Shown one piece after another: positions 9,467-18,850 of a stretch of 64,000 nucleotides of DNA. The DNA is from Chitinophagaceae bacterium (GTDB taxonomy: Bacteria > Bacteroidota > Bacteroidia > Chitinophagales > Chitinophagaceae): positions 2,149 to 66,148 of the forward strand of contig CANJQU010000002.1 of assembly GCA_947476485.1 (NCBI GenBank). The letters run 5' to 3'. How positions within the stretch are numbered: position 1 is the stretch's first letter; each line of letters starts with the position of its first letter. Position numbers and translations under genes: made by a program. Below the pieces are notes generated by a model. The model did no database searches. It was given only the letters and a program-made list of their open reading frames with translations, and had not been told where the DNA came from.

Positions 9467-10297
9467 ATGAACGATCAAAACATTGTCATTTCAGGGCTTA
9501 ATTGTTTCCCTGTGAAATCCTGCCGGGGTATCGCACTTACTTCGGCGGTGATCGGCAATATGGGTATACAGTACGACAGGCAATGGATGGTGGTGAACGA
9601 ACACAATGTATTTGTAGCACAGCGTGGAGACAAGCATCATGGCGCAGTGGGCATTAAGACGATGTGCCTCATTGAGCCTACCCTGAGCGAAGAACATCTT
9701 GTGCTCAGCGCCCCGGGCATGGAGTCTCTCAGGCTACCGCTTGCAGGCCATACAGGAAATCAGCGAACAGTGCGTGTTTGGGACAGCCTGTCCATAGGCA
9801 TAGACCAGGGAGACGAGGCAGCGGGATGGTTTACCGAATACCTTTCGCGCGAACGGCCCGGCCATTACCGGATGGTGCGCATGCCGGATAAAGGCACAAG
9901 GAATACAGCCCGTGGTGACAGCAAAGTGTCATTTGCAGATGCCTATCCTTTCCTGCTCACATCAGATCAGACACTCGCCAGCCTGAATGAACAGATGGCC
10001 GGATCTGTGCCGATGAACAGGTTCCGCGCAAATATCGTCATCAGTGGCGGAACCACACTAATGGAAGACAAGATCAGCAGTTTTAAAATAAATGACATAA
10101 TGTTCAACCCGATCAAGCGGTGTGCACGTTGCCCCATCACCACCATAGATCAGCTCACTGCAATAGCCGGAAAGGAACCGTTAAAGACACTGGCCACATT
10201 CAACCGGGATGACAACAACGTTTATTTTGGCATGTACCTCGTACATATCGGCACAGGTACGATCAGTGTTGGTGATACTTTAGAGTTTTCATCCTAG
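9467..10297 (+). CDS. MOSC domain-containing protein
   Basis: 276 aa with the N-terminal beta-barrel (CFPVKSCRG), RFRANIVI and the conserved Cys in KRCARCPITT. Confidence 0.88.
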   Translation: MNDQNIVISGLNCFPVKSCRGIALTSAVIGNMGIQYDRQWMVVNEHNVFVAQRGDKHHGAVGIKTMCLIEPTLSEEHLVLSAPGMESLRLPLAGHTGNQRTVRVWDSLSIGIDQGDEAAGWFTEYLSRERPGHYRMVRMPDKGTRNTARGDSKVSFADAYPFLLTSDQTLASLNEQMAGSVPMNRFRANIVISGGTTLMEDKISSFKINDIMFNPIKRCARCPITTIDQLTAIAGKEPLKTLATFNRDDNNVYFGMYLVHIGTGTISVGDTLEFSS

Positions 10298-10360
10298 CTA
10301 ATGTTCGCAGGAATGAGTTGATATAGAGCCAGTTTCCTCTCACAGATTGTCTTACGCCGG

Positions 10361-10678
10361 CTATTTTTCTGAGCGTACCGGATCGGAAGAGATCTCTTTT
10401 AGATCCTGTGACATGGCGGTTATCTTTTCATGCAGCCGGAAAGTGTCCTGGTCAATCAACTGAAATATTTTTTCGTGAACTGCTTTGTCGAAATCGTTAT
10501 TACGGAAAGAGAGAATAGCCGTGTCGTTAACTTCTGCCCGGTATTTATCATTGTGTCTTCGCAAAAAATCCCCGGCAGAATCGGGCGTTCTCTCATCCGG
10601 ATGTTCGTCAACGTACATCTTCATGTATTTATCAAACACCTTGTTTACGTCCTCCTGATATTTTTCTACTTCTCCCAA
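10361..10678 (-). CDS. Hypothetical small helical protein
   Basis: 105-aa ORF. The track start is a TTG; the first ATG is at 10624. No family recognised. Confidence 0.45.
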   Translation of the reverse strand: MGEVEKYQEDVNKVFDKYMKMYVDEHPDERTPDSAGDFLRRHNDKYRAEVNDTAILSFRNNDFDKAVHEKIFQLIDQDTFRLHEKITAMSQDLKEISSDPVRSEK

Positions 10679-10732
10679 GACAGAATTTTATGGGGAGCAA
10701 ATTAATAAAAAATACTGAGTATCTGCTGCGAC

Positions 10733-10969
10733 CTAATTTGTGCCGCCTTCCACTACCCCTTTCAGTATAGCATTGCAAAGCTCGTCCAGCTTTGAATCGT
10801 CTCCAAGCTCCTTCATCTGAACCTCGTTGTTTATATCGCCCAATTCTATGAGCATGGCGGGCATTAAACTTTTCCTTAAAACGTAAGGGCTCTCTATTGA
10901 AATTTTAGTTTCATCAAAATTCTTACAATAGATGCGGCATGATTTTTTAAAGGGGTTTATCTCACTAAC
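10733..10969 (-). pseudogene. C-terminal remnant of an N-acetylmuramoyl-L-alanine amidase (Amidase_3-like)
   Basis: My own translation gives ...SPYVLRKSLMPAMLIELGDINNEVQMKEL...LCNAILKGV. This matches the VLR..MPAvLvElGF.sN...ia.ai motif. There is no N-terminal part, and it abuts the next gene. Confidence 0.45.
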
Positions 10970-10982
10970 TTAAACTGCTAAA

Positions 10983-11441
10983 ATGAAGAAAATCTGCATT
11001 AAAATTTCGGCCATTATGCTTGTTGTGGGCACACTCAATAGTTGTGCAACTGTAAGTAAAACTATGAGAGAACCTTATTCGAGAGTTGACTTCACGAAGA
11101 ATGATTTCACGTTGTCGGAACAAGTAACGGGACAAGGCAAATCATCTAAGGTATTAGGCATTGATTTTTACCGATGGTTTCACAGTTCGGATATGGGAGC
11201 AGTAACATCGCAGGAAGCGGGTGGTAAGCTTAGCGTTTCACTCATACCGGTGGTTGGGGGTTATTTATCCGATCATAGTGCATCATATGCCTTATATGAC
11301 CTTATGACTAAAAACCCTGGCTATGATGTAGTTTTCTATCCACAATTTGAAACGCATGTACAAAAGCCGATCCTTGGTATCGGTTTGCTGTACAAAAAAA
11401 TCACAGTTAAAACGACTGCAAGGCTCGGGAAATTAAAATAA
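10983..11441 (+). CDS. Hypothetical lipoprotein
   Basis: 152 aa with a signal peptide and lipobox (GTLNSC). Confidence 0.7.
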   Translation: MKKICIKISAIMLVVGTLNSCATVSKTMREPYSRVDFTKNDFTLSEQVTGQGKSSKVLGIDFYRWFHSSDMGAVTSQEAGGKLSVSLIPVVGGYLSDHSASYALYDLMTKNPGYDVVFYPQFETHVQKPILGIGLLYKKITVKTTARLGKLK

Positions 11442-11465
11442 TAAGCTCCTCCTACTTCATATGAA

Positions 11466-11500
11466 CAAGAGGCTGTCACGGTGATCCGGACAGCCTCTTG
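11466..11500. terminator. Bidirectional terminator hairpin between convergent genes
   Basis: CAAGAGGCTGTC (11466-11477) pairs with GACAGCCTCTTG (11489-11500), a 12-bp perfect stem. Confidence 0.75.
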
Positions 11501-11546
11501 TGGTTGATAAATGAAGGCTGGCTCCAAAAATCCTAATGCCGGGTCA

Positions 11547-12053
11547 CTACTTCGTGATACCGGCGGCACCTTTTTCGTAGCCATTGTCAATGGGCTCCCA
11601 AAGCTCTATTTTGTTCTGCTCCATATCCATAATGTGTATGAACGCGCCATAGTCATAGCGGGCTATTGTATCAACAATTGCAACACCGTCTTTGCGCAGT
11701 TGGGCCACCAGCGCATCAAGGTTCACCACACGGTAGTTGATCATAAATTCCTTGGCAGATGGCTCAAAGTATTTGGTTTTCTCTGAAAATGGACTCCATT
11801 GCGTATATCCTTTTTTGGTACTGTCGGTCGCCAGCCTGAATTCAAACGAGGTGCCATACTGGTCGGTCTTGAGCCCCAGGTTCTTTGCATACCATTCCCT
11901 CATTTTCTTTGGATCTTTACATTTAAAGAACACCCCGCCAAGGCCTGTTACTCGTCCGGGCTGAGCGTCATTACCACCGGATGTTATTTTGCTAAAGGCA
12001 TAACCCATGCCGAAGGACACCACCAGCGCAGTCAGCAATAATAGCTTTTTCAT
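11547..12053 (-). CDS. Secreted VOC/glyoxalase-fold protein
   Basis: Signal peptide MKKLLLLTALV. VFFKCKDPKKMREWYAKNLGL and a C-terminal NKIELWEP motif are present. ATG at 12053. Confidence 0.8.
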   Translation of the reverse strand: MKKLLLLTALVVSFGMGYAFSKITSGGNDAQPGRVTGLGGVFFKCKDPKKMREWYAKNLGLKTDQYGTSFEFRLATDSTKKGYTQWSPFSEKTKYFEPSAKEFMINYRVVNLDALVAQLRKDGVAIVDTIARYDYGAFIHIMDMEQNKIELWEPIDNGYEKGAAGITK

Positions 12054-12191
12054 GCAGATCAATATTTGAAAATAAAAATTTATGCGCTAGTACGATGAAT
12101 AAAAAAAAGCGCTTCATTTTCCGATAGATTTTTTTTATCGGAGTAAAGATAATAGAATATTCATCTGTTATCGGCTCACAATTACACATCC

Positions 12192-12698
12192 TCAATGTGC
12201 ATAATGGTAGAACCCGAAAAAGCCGTTGAGTATCTCTAACAGATAGTATAGCGCTGCCACACAGGTTCCGAAAGCGATGAGTGCATTGATATTATATTGC
12301 CGGTGCGCCATCCGGTTGGCATCCAGTTCCAGTTCGCTCACACGGCGCGCCTCATTGGTTATGTATCGCTCGTCTTCCAGTAATTTTCCGTAACTGCCCT
12401 GTTTTTGCAAGTCCTGCCCACGCACCCCGGTTAGCTCCAGGTTGTCACCATTTTTCTTTGCAAGATCGTTTTCGACCATGAAGTTTGACAACGACTTCGA
12501 CATATCTACATCCCGCCATACATTTTCAAATTCCGGATTTCCTGCAAATAGTTTGTCGTACTCATCCGGCCGGATGTCTTTTATTAATTTCTGTAAATTA
12601 AAGTCTCCCTTTACCGGGATCTTGTTTTTCTGCAACAGGAAATTCAGCAGTTTTATACGCCTGTCGTCTAAAATATTTGTCTTATTCGCCTCCTCCAT
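12192..12698 (-). CDS. Hypothetical protein with a C-terminal transmembrane helix
   Basis: Charged helical N-terminal region followed by INALIAFGTCVAALYYLLEILNGFFGF. ATG at 12698; the track start at 12743 is a TTG. Confidence 0.55.
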   Translation of the reverse strand: MEEANKTNILDDRRIKLLNFLLQKNKIPVKGDFNLQKLIKDIRPDEYDKLFAGNPEFENVWRDVDMSKSLSNFMVENDLAKKNGDNLELTGVRGQDLQKQGSYGKLLEDERYITNEARRVSELELDANRMAHRQYNINALIAFGTCVAALYYLLEILNGFFGFYHYAH

Positions 12699-12726
12699 TG
12701 GGAAATTTTTTGTTAGAATCTTCAAT

Positions 12727-13017
12727 TCATTTTTCGAGAGCAAAGAACCGGAAGAGCTCTCGCGTTATGATCCTGCAATTCTCGGTATACTGGTTCAGCG
12801 TGCAGCTGATACTTTTCAATCGCTCGGGTAAGGTGTGCTCTTGTTTCTTTTCTAGATCTATGCGAATGAATGCATCATCCTCAGAAGTAAGGTCTCCTTT
12901 AAGCTGGTCAAAAACGCTGTGAGCAAACGCTGTATCCGTGCCTGGAAAAAAGTTACCGATTTCCAGCATGCCCTGTAATGTCCTGATGCTGATAACAATG
13001 TTATATGCGGTGTCCAT
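12727..13017 (-). CDS. Hypothetical protein (96 aa), upstream partner of 12192-12698
   Basis: ATG-initiated ORF on the same strand, 28 nt from the next ATG. No family recognised. Confidence 0.5.
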   Translation of the reverse strand: MDTAYNIVISIRTLQGMLEIGNFFPGTDTAFAHSVFDQLKGDLTSEDDAFIRIDLEKKQEHTLPERLKSISCTLNQYTENCRIITRELFRFFALEK

Positions 13018-13038
13018 ATTATTGACTTTATCCCGGGT

Positions 13039-13509
13039 TTACGATTTGGGTTTTGTGACGATATCAGGTTCGCCAAAAAAAGAATTACCAATGGAATCCA
13101 GCGTGTGCATCATTTCTTCCATATCGGAATAACTGTTGTCCAGTCTATTCAGGAGATAACCCGGTTCCATAAAGCCTTGATAAAATGAGCTATCGCTCCA
13201 TGCATCGGTGAAACCATGCCCAAAAAATGATGGGAAACCTTGTCCAAAGTGCTTTTTAAAAGAGTTCATAATACTGTCCGCCGCGGGACTTTCTGCTCCC
13301 CATTTCCCGGAATAGGACCAGGAATAGGTAGAGTCATACCGGACAAGGTTTCCCTTATCGTCATATTGTTTGTTCACTTTCCAGTCCACTTTGGGTTTAT
13401 TTTCGTCTTCTCTTTCCATGGCTTTTGCATCTTTCCTGCTTGGCTCATCTTGTGCGCGGCATCCCATGATGGTGCCTAACAGCAGCAAGACCAAAAATGT
13501 CTTTTTCAT
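13039..13509 (-). CDS. Hypothetical lipoprotein
   Basis: 156 aa with signal peptide and lipobox (GTIMGC). Charged and rich in Trp and Tyr. Confidence 0.65.
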   Translation of the reverse strand: MKKTFLVLLLLGTIMGCRAQDEPSRKDAKAMEREDENKPKVDWKVNKQYDDKGNLVRYDSTYSWSYSGKWGAESPAADSIMNSFKKHFGQGFPSFFGHGFTDAWSDSSFYQGFMEPGYLLNRLDNSYSDMEEMMHTLDSIGNSFFGEPDIVTKPKS

Positions 13510-13609
13510 AACAGCTCTTTTTATTGTTTACAACTACCCGACCGAACAGAAACAGGCGGCGTACTGATACACCGCCTGTATAATTGCTTTTAAAGAATCG
13601 GGCTTGCAA

Positions 13610-14086
13610 TTATTTTATCTCCACAATCCGCGACACTGTTTGAGCACCGTCTTTTTTGGCCATACTCAAATGCAGGATACCATCGGTGTAATGAGCATCG
13701 ATCTTGTTGGCATCGATCGACTCATCAAGGGTGAATGTCCGGGTGAACGACCGCTTCTGGTATTCCCTGCGCAGCCAGCCATCTTTTCTGCTTTCCTGGT
13801 TTTTTTCTTCCTGGTGCTCAAAGCTAACTGTGAGCAGATCGCAATGCACATTGATCTTAAAGTCTTCTTTTTTAAGACCGGGAGCCACCAGTTCCAGTTC
13901 GTAACTTTTGTCAGTTTCCATCACATTTACCGGAACACTGACATTCGGGGATACATTGCTTAAGCCCCAAAAATCATCATCAAATACGCGGTTTACGTTG
14001 TTCTGGAAGATTTTATCGACCAGACCGCTGAAAGTTGTCGTTGGCGTGTTGCCATTGCCATTTGTTCTTTTCAATAGCGTGTTCAT
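13610..14086 (-). CDS. Hsp20/alpha-crystallin family small heat-shock protein
   Basis: 158 aa. PVNVMETDKSYELELVAPGLKKEDFKI...DGILHLSMAK is a classic alpha-crystallin domain. Confidence 0.92.
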   Translation of the reverse strand: MNTLLKRTNGNGNTPTTTFSGLVDKIFQNNVNRVFDDDFWGLSNVSPNVSVPVNVMETDKSYELELVAPGLKKEDFKINVHCDLLTVSFEHQEEKNQESRKDGWLRREYQKRSFTRTFTLDESIDANKIDAHYTDGILHLSMAKKDGAQTVSRIVEIK

Positions 14087-14339
14087 ATGTCCTCCTTTTT
14101 TCTAGAGAAACATCAAACCAAATGCCATTGCCGGAAAATGAAAATCTGTCGCAAAAGTTTGAAAAAATTTCAGTTTCTGTGCGACAAATTGGAATATAGC
14201 ATGACACTTAACAATATTTTAAATGCTAGCTTGAGTGCCGAATATCAGTCATGGGATAACAACTATAGAAAAGACACAGCTAAATCAGCCTTGAAATGAC
14301 TGCCTGGGAAATGCCATCATAATAAATATTTTTACTTTT

Positions 14340-15014
14340 TTAATGTTTAATAGCGAGGACATTTTCGCCAGCAGTTGGGTGATGGCCTTTGAACCGGAAT
14401 AATATAATCAGCAAGAAGACCACAACGGAAACCAATAGCCCAATGTCCTCCTTAATACCAAGAGAAAGTGCAGCAGAAAATCCAACCGCAGCCCAGAGAA
14501 TCGGGATGATAACGATCGCCAATGGATTCTTCCTTGTTGTCCAAAGCAGCAAACCAAATGTATAAATTGTTGTTGGACAAGGCAAACCGAATGTCGGCGC
14601 GGAGGGGTAAATATGTCCCTGCAAGTATCCGAGTATCGGGTACACTACAAGGGCATAGCTCAATAACGCGGCACCTGTTATGCCTGAAACCCAGGTTTGA
14701 AAACCAAAGGAAATTTTCTGCTTTATGACGCCAAAGTAAAAAAATAACAGCCCTTCAAGAATAAACACGCCGCCGAAAACGAAAGCAGCTTTATTGATGG
14801 CTGTAAAAAACAAGAGATGATACACAATGCCCATCCACAGCCATAAAAACGAGAGAACAAATGAAATAATTCTATCTGAATACTGATTCTTTTTCAGGCA
14901 TAAAAAAATCGTAGCTATGGCAAATATGTAAAAAACCAATTGCGTTGGCCAGATTGCTGTATTATAATTTTTGAATACATCTAAAAATTGCTCGGTTGTA
15001 AAAGGCATCTTCAT
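14340..15014 (-). CDS. Polytopic membrane protein (resembles DUF6064-type proteins)
   Basis: 224 aa with about 6 hydrophobic segments and an N-terminal FTTEQFLDVFKNYNTAIWP. The family name is from memory only. Confidence 0.7.
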   Translation of the reverse strand: MKMPFTTEQFLDVFKNYNTAIWPTQLVFYIFAIATIFLCLKKNQYSDRIISFVLSFLWLWMGIVYHLLFFTAINKAAFVFGGVFILEGLLFFYFGVIKQKISFGFQTWVSGITGAALLSYALVVYPILGYLQGHIYPSAPTFGLPCPTTIYTFGLLLWTTRKNPLAIVIIPILWAAVGFSAALSLGIKEDIGLLVSVVVFLLIILFRFKGHHPTAGENVLAIKH

Positions 15015-15151
15015 GTAGCGTACATTTTAGACTTCAAAAGTAGTTTACATAATATGTATTTTAATTGACAAGTGTCAGCGCAGCAAGTGATTCTGGTCAT
15101 TTAACTTAATCCCGGGTTTGGATTTCCTGAAATCTTAGCATTAACAAAATG

Positions 15152-15187
15152 ATAAAGGAGCTTCAACTCCCGCTGAAACTCCTTTAT
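15152..15187 (-). terminator. Hairpin downstream of the 706-aa gene
   Basis: ATAAAGGAG (15152-15160) pairs with CTCCTTTAT (15179-15187). It is U-rich after the stem on the minus strand. Confidence 0.5.
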
Positions 15188-15212
15188 TTAAAGGGCGATA
15201 TCTGGTTTATCA

Positions 15213-17306
15213 TTATCTGGTAAATTGAATTCGGTTAACATTAGTTATTTCCCACGGTATGTACGAACGCACTCCTTTTTTGCCAATGTATAGCGGCCTT
15301 GGTCCGCGCATAGCACCCGCAAGAGCAGAGTTGTAGACAAGCTGACCGGTAATACTTACAAAAACAGGGCGTTGCATTACGTTACCACTGCGGGTGGGCG
15401 TTTTGCCGCTCAGTAACTGCTCCCGTACAAACAGCCGTGCATTCTCGGTGAGCTTTTTCCGGGCATCGCCTGCAAACTGGTCGGCGGTAATACGTATGTT
15501 CAGGCAGGAATCTTTCCGGTAGGGGTTGGCCACCAGTTGTATGTAATAGGTCTCATTCTTCGTGCCGGAATCTTCTATAGCTATCAGGCTTATATATCCA
15601 TGCGTAGTGATCATATCCCCTTCCTTAAATCCGGAATACGCATCGGTGGGTACATGGTTAGTGGTGCGCAGTTGGTTGTCATATGACCGCTCAAGAAGCG
15701 GGAACTGCAAAATATAACCCAGGCTTACTCTCTTGTTCTTTTTGGTTACCATGCCCGAAGCGACTGCAACCGATATAGACGACCCCCTTGACTTTGCCAT
15801 TCTTCCGGTGAGGGATCTGTTTTCGGTAGCACGCGCGGCGCGGCGCCTTGGGGCCGTGATTACGATTGCCTCCATATCTGCAGGTGGTGTCTTAACATGC
15901 ATTGGCGATGATATAGTGGCCTGCGGTTTTACAGGGGTATTCACAGCAGGTATTTTAGCATTAGTGGTCATTTTCGCCGGTGCTTGTACTTTCACCACGG
16001 CATTTACCGGTGCAGTCTTAGGTGCAGCTATTAGTGATACTTGTGGTTTTGCCACTGTTTTCACTTCAGGCTTAGCGGCGATAGTGGCCGAAAGTGGATT
16101 GGCGGGCAGGTTCAGGTGGTTTGGTGTTTTTGTCACAGCACTGGCCAACGGCATTTTTGGCTCTGTTGCCGGAGCTATTGTTTTTGCTTGTGGCCTTGCA
16201 ACCGTAAATGCCGGTAATGTATTTGCATACTGGCGGCCGGGCCGGGGGTTGCTGTTCATCGTACCAAACATTGGCATCTTTGACCCTGTTACCTGAGTTA
16301 TTCGTTTTGGCAACTGTGACTTTGTGTTGGTATTTGCAGCGAGTACTTTATGGATCGCTGCGGGTTTTGCGGGTACAACTATAGCTTTTACCACTTCCAC
16401 TTTTGGAGAGGCTGACTTTGCCTGTAGCGTCTTTGGCTTTATAGAGGTATTTGCAGCCAATGTCCGTGTCGCCGCAGATGATTTAGCCGGGCCATATGGT
16501 ATTGCCTCTTTTTCAGACGAATTTAAAGAGCGATGTAAGAAACACATATGCGGGCCTGCCACCACTTTCGAATGACCTGAAGGCACAGACGTACGTTTTG
16601 AAGCTACACTTGTATGATCTATTTGCTGTTTTTCAACTTTTGCAGGCGCTGCGGCTACAACAACAGGTGTTGCTGTACTGGCATTTGTGCGGATATTTTT
16701 TGCCGGCTCCATGATGGGTGTTATTGGTTTGTGACTCACCGGCAACGGGCTGACGCTTGCCAGCAGTGGCTGTTGCTTTACAACTGTTTCCGGTAGAATC
16801 ATGGGTATGATCGTCTCTGGCGCTACATCTGAAAAGACTGGCGTGCGAAGCGCGGGCTTTTCCGCCACTGCCACAGACGACCGGTAGCGTTGGTCCAAGG
16901 TTTGCTGAGCCGCCAGTGAACCGGTAAGTTTATATCCCGACTGTAGCAAAGCCCGCATCATTTCCGTGTTTTCTTTCAACGCCCTTGTGTTCTCGTCAAG
17001 CGCCCTAGTATTGTCCTCCAATGCTTTGGTGTTGGCCCATAGTGCTTTCAACTCCTGCGAGGTAACCTCCCCCGTGCCGGAAGGCCTCGATTTTAGTCGC
17101 ACCGGTACCGTAGCAGGTGCTTCGGTTTTTGTTAGCGAGCTAAACGGGTCAACATCCGCCATAGCTAACCTGTTAATCAATGTGTTTGGGCGCTCCGTAG
17201 ACGCACATATCGAATTTCCATGAGCATACTCTTCCAGTTTAACGGACTGGCAATAAGCATCTTGCGAGAGTATCCATAACGTCAGAACAATCATTCCCTG
17301 TTTCAT
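15213..17306 (-). CDS. Secreted protein with an NTRAL heptad repeat, a long P/A/K/V/T-rich low-complexity region and an unassigned ~170-aa C-terminal domain
   Basis: Signal peptide MKQGMIVLTLWILSQDAYC. NTKALEDNTRALDENTRALKENT is encoded by three 21-bp tandem repeats near 16970-17040. ATG at 17306. Confidence 0.75.
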   Translation of the reverse strand: MKQGMIVLTLWILSQDAYCQSVKLEEYAHGNSICASTERPNTLINRLAMADVDPFSSLTKTEAPATVPVRLKSRPSGTGEVTSQELKALWANTKALEDNTRALDENTRALKENTEMMRALLQSGYKLTGSLAAQQTLDQRYRSSVAVAEKPALRTPVFSDVAPETIIPMILPETVVKQQPLLASVSPLPVSHKPITPIMEPAKNIRTNASTATPVVVAAAPAKVEKQQIDHTSVASKRTSVPSGHSKVVAGPHMCFLHRSLNSSEKEAIPYGPAKSSAATRTLAANTSIKPKTLQAKSASPKVEVVKAIVVPAKPAAIHKVLAANTNTKSQLPKRITQVTGSKMPMFGTMNSNPRPGRQYANTLPAFTVARPQAKTIAPATEPKMPLASAVTKTPNHLNLPANPLSATIAAKPEVKTVAKPQVSLIAAPKTAPVNAVVKVQAPAKMTTNAKIPAVNTPVKPQATISSPMHVKTPPADMEAIVITAPRRRAARATENRSLTGRMAKSRGSSISVAVASGMVTKKNKRVSLGYILQFPLLERSYDNQLRTTNHVPTDAYSGFKEGDMITTHGYISLIAIEDSGTKNETYYIQLVANPYRKDSCLNIRITADQFAGDARKKLTENARLFVREQLLSGKTPTRSGNVMQRPVFVSITGQLVYNSALAGAMRGPRPLYIGKKGVRSYIPWEITNVNRIQFTR

Positions 17307-17729
17307 ATAGCTAGATTTTAAAAGCGTAAACAATGAATTTATGCATTAACTTTTGTTTGTTAATCTATTGTAAATACATCAATAATCTTGCCAAATAGAA
17401 AGGTGATTTTCGTTTTTCATTTTCTTTAACATTTTTATGAAACACTGTCATACCAACACATTCAGCGTATATTTCACGACATATAAAATTCATTTTAATT
17501 ATTACTGTTCATATTTGTTAATTCGTATCGTATTTTTAAATATTAATTTTATTTAAAAAATTGAATGTATTTGAAAATAAACAAAATAACTCGAAAGAAA
17601 ACCAGAAACATGAATTTTTCCAGTGTCCAGACCTATAATAGTATCGCTGTAGTTAGCATTCAGAAATTTTGGACAAATAATTTTCGTAATAAACAAAAAT
17701 GTTTACACATATTTGTTTATTTTTGCATC

Positions 17730-18188
17730 GTGAAGGACCTCTTCATATTAAAAGGGCTACATCCCGGAATCGTGTTGGAACGGGAGCTTAAAAAAAGAAA
17801 GCTCTCAAAAGGACGTTTTGCGCTTTCTATAAATGAATTCCCACAGACACTGAGCGCAATTTCTGCAGGCAAAAGAAGTATGAATACACCCCTTGCATTG
17901 CGTATAGAAAAAGCATTAAAAATAGAAGAAGGGTACTTTATGACGCTGCAAATATTCCACGAAATAAGAGAAGAGAAGAGAAAATTGGGTAAGAACTACC
18001 ACCCCGACCTCTCAAAACTGAGAAAAGTATTGTTTTGGGACACCAAATTGGAAAAAATTGACTGGCAACAACACCAGGCCTCTATAATAAAAAGGGTATA
18101 CGAGCGGGGAAATGATGCGGAGCGGGATGAGATCGTACGTTTCTATGGCAGTGCGAATGTGAAAGAAGTCCTGGCACACAAAAGCTAA
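17730..18188 (+). CDS. XRE/HigA-type HTH protein with a C-terminal DUF6922-like domain, putative antitoxin
   Basis: HPGIVLERELKKRKLSKGRFALSINEFPQTLSAISAGKRSM is a HigA-like HTH. A GTG start at 17730 lies just after a TATTTTTG box. The gene ends 5 nt before the NTase gene. Confidence 0.7.
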   Translation: MKDLFILKGLHPGIVLERELKKRKLSKGRFALSINEFPQTLSAISAGKRSMNTPLALRIEKALKIEEGYFMTLQIFHEIREEKRKLGKNYHPDLSKLRKVLFWDTKLEKIDWQQHQASIIKRVYERGNDAERDEIVRFYGSANVKEVLAHKS

Positions 18189-18193
18189 CCCAC

Positions 18194-18850
18194 ATGTCAA
18201 AAAAATTACACTGGAATACCGTAAGCCCACTGCTAAGGTCAGTGCTTGATGAGTTGATGGCCAGCCATTTGTTCCACCCATTCAGGTTGGGCGGTGGCAC
18301 TGCGCTAGGCCTGCAGCTTGGCCATCGCAGATCCGCTGCTATCGACCTGTATACGGATGCCGCATTTGGTATCATAGACTTTGCCGCCCTGAATACATAC
18401 TTAAGAAAAATATGTGCCTATGTGGATGAACATGGGCCGGCGGGTACAGGTGCATCTTATTTTATAGGTGACAGTGCAATTGAGTGTATAAAACTCGATC
18501 TGTTTTATACCGATCCGTTCATTCAGCCTGCGGTTGAAATAGAAGGTGTGCGGTTGGCAACGATAGCCGACATAGCGGCCATGAAGACAGACGCGATACA
18601 AAGGCGTGGGCGCAAAAAGGACTTCTGGGATATATCGGAACTACTTAACAAATTTTCCTTGTCCGAAATGCTGGCACTGCATAAGAAACGCTTTCCCTAT
18701 GATCACGATGAGCAACTTGTGTTGTCTAATTTCAGCGATTTCTCAATAGCTGATACCGATTTTGAGCCTGACTGCCTGAGAGAAAAGCAATGGGAATTAA
18801 TAAAGCTTGATATCATGGAAGCGACCGGGCAAGAATCAAACACAATCTGA
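18194..18850 (+). CDS. Nucleotidyltransferase, AbiEii/AbiGii toxin family
   Basis: FRLGGGTALGLQLGHRRSAAIDLY matches the GGTAL...R.S.DxD NTase core of AbiEii proteins. 218 aa. Confidence 0.75.
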   Translation: MSKKLHWNTVSPLLRSVLDELMASHLFHPFRLGGGTALGLQLGHRRSAAIDLYTDAAFGIIDFAALNTYLRKICAYVDEHGPAGTGASYFIGDSAIECIKLDLFYTDPFIQPAVEIEGVRLATIADIAAMKTDAIQRRGRKKDFWDISELLNKFSLSEMLALHKKRFPYDHDEQLVLSNFSDFSIADTDFEPDCLREKQWELIKLDIMEATGQESNTI

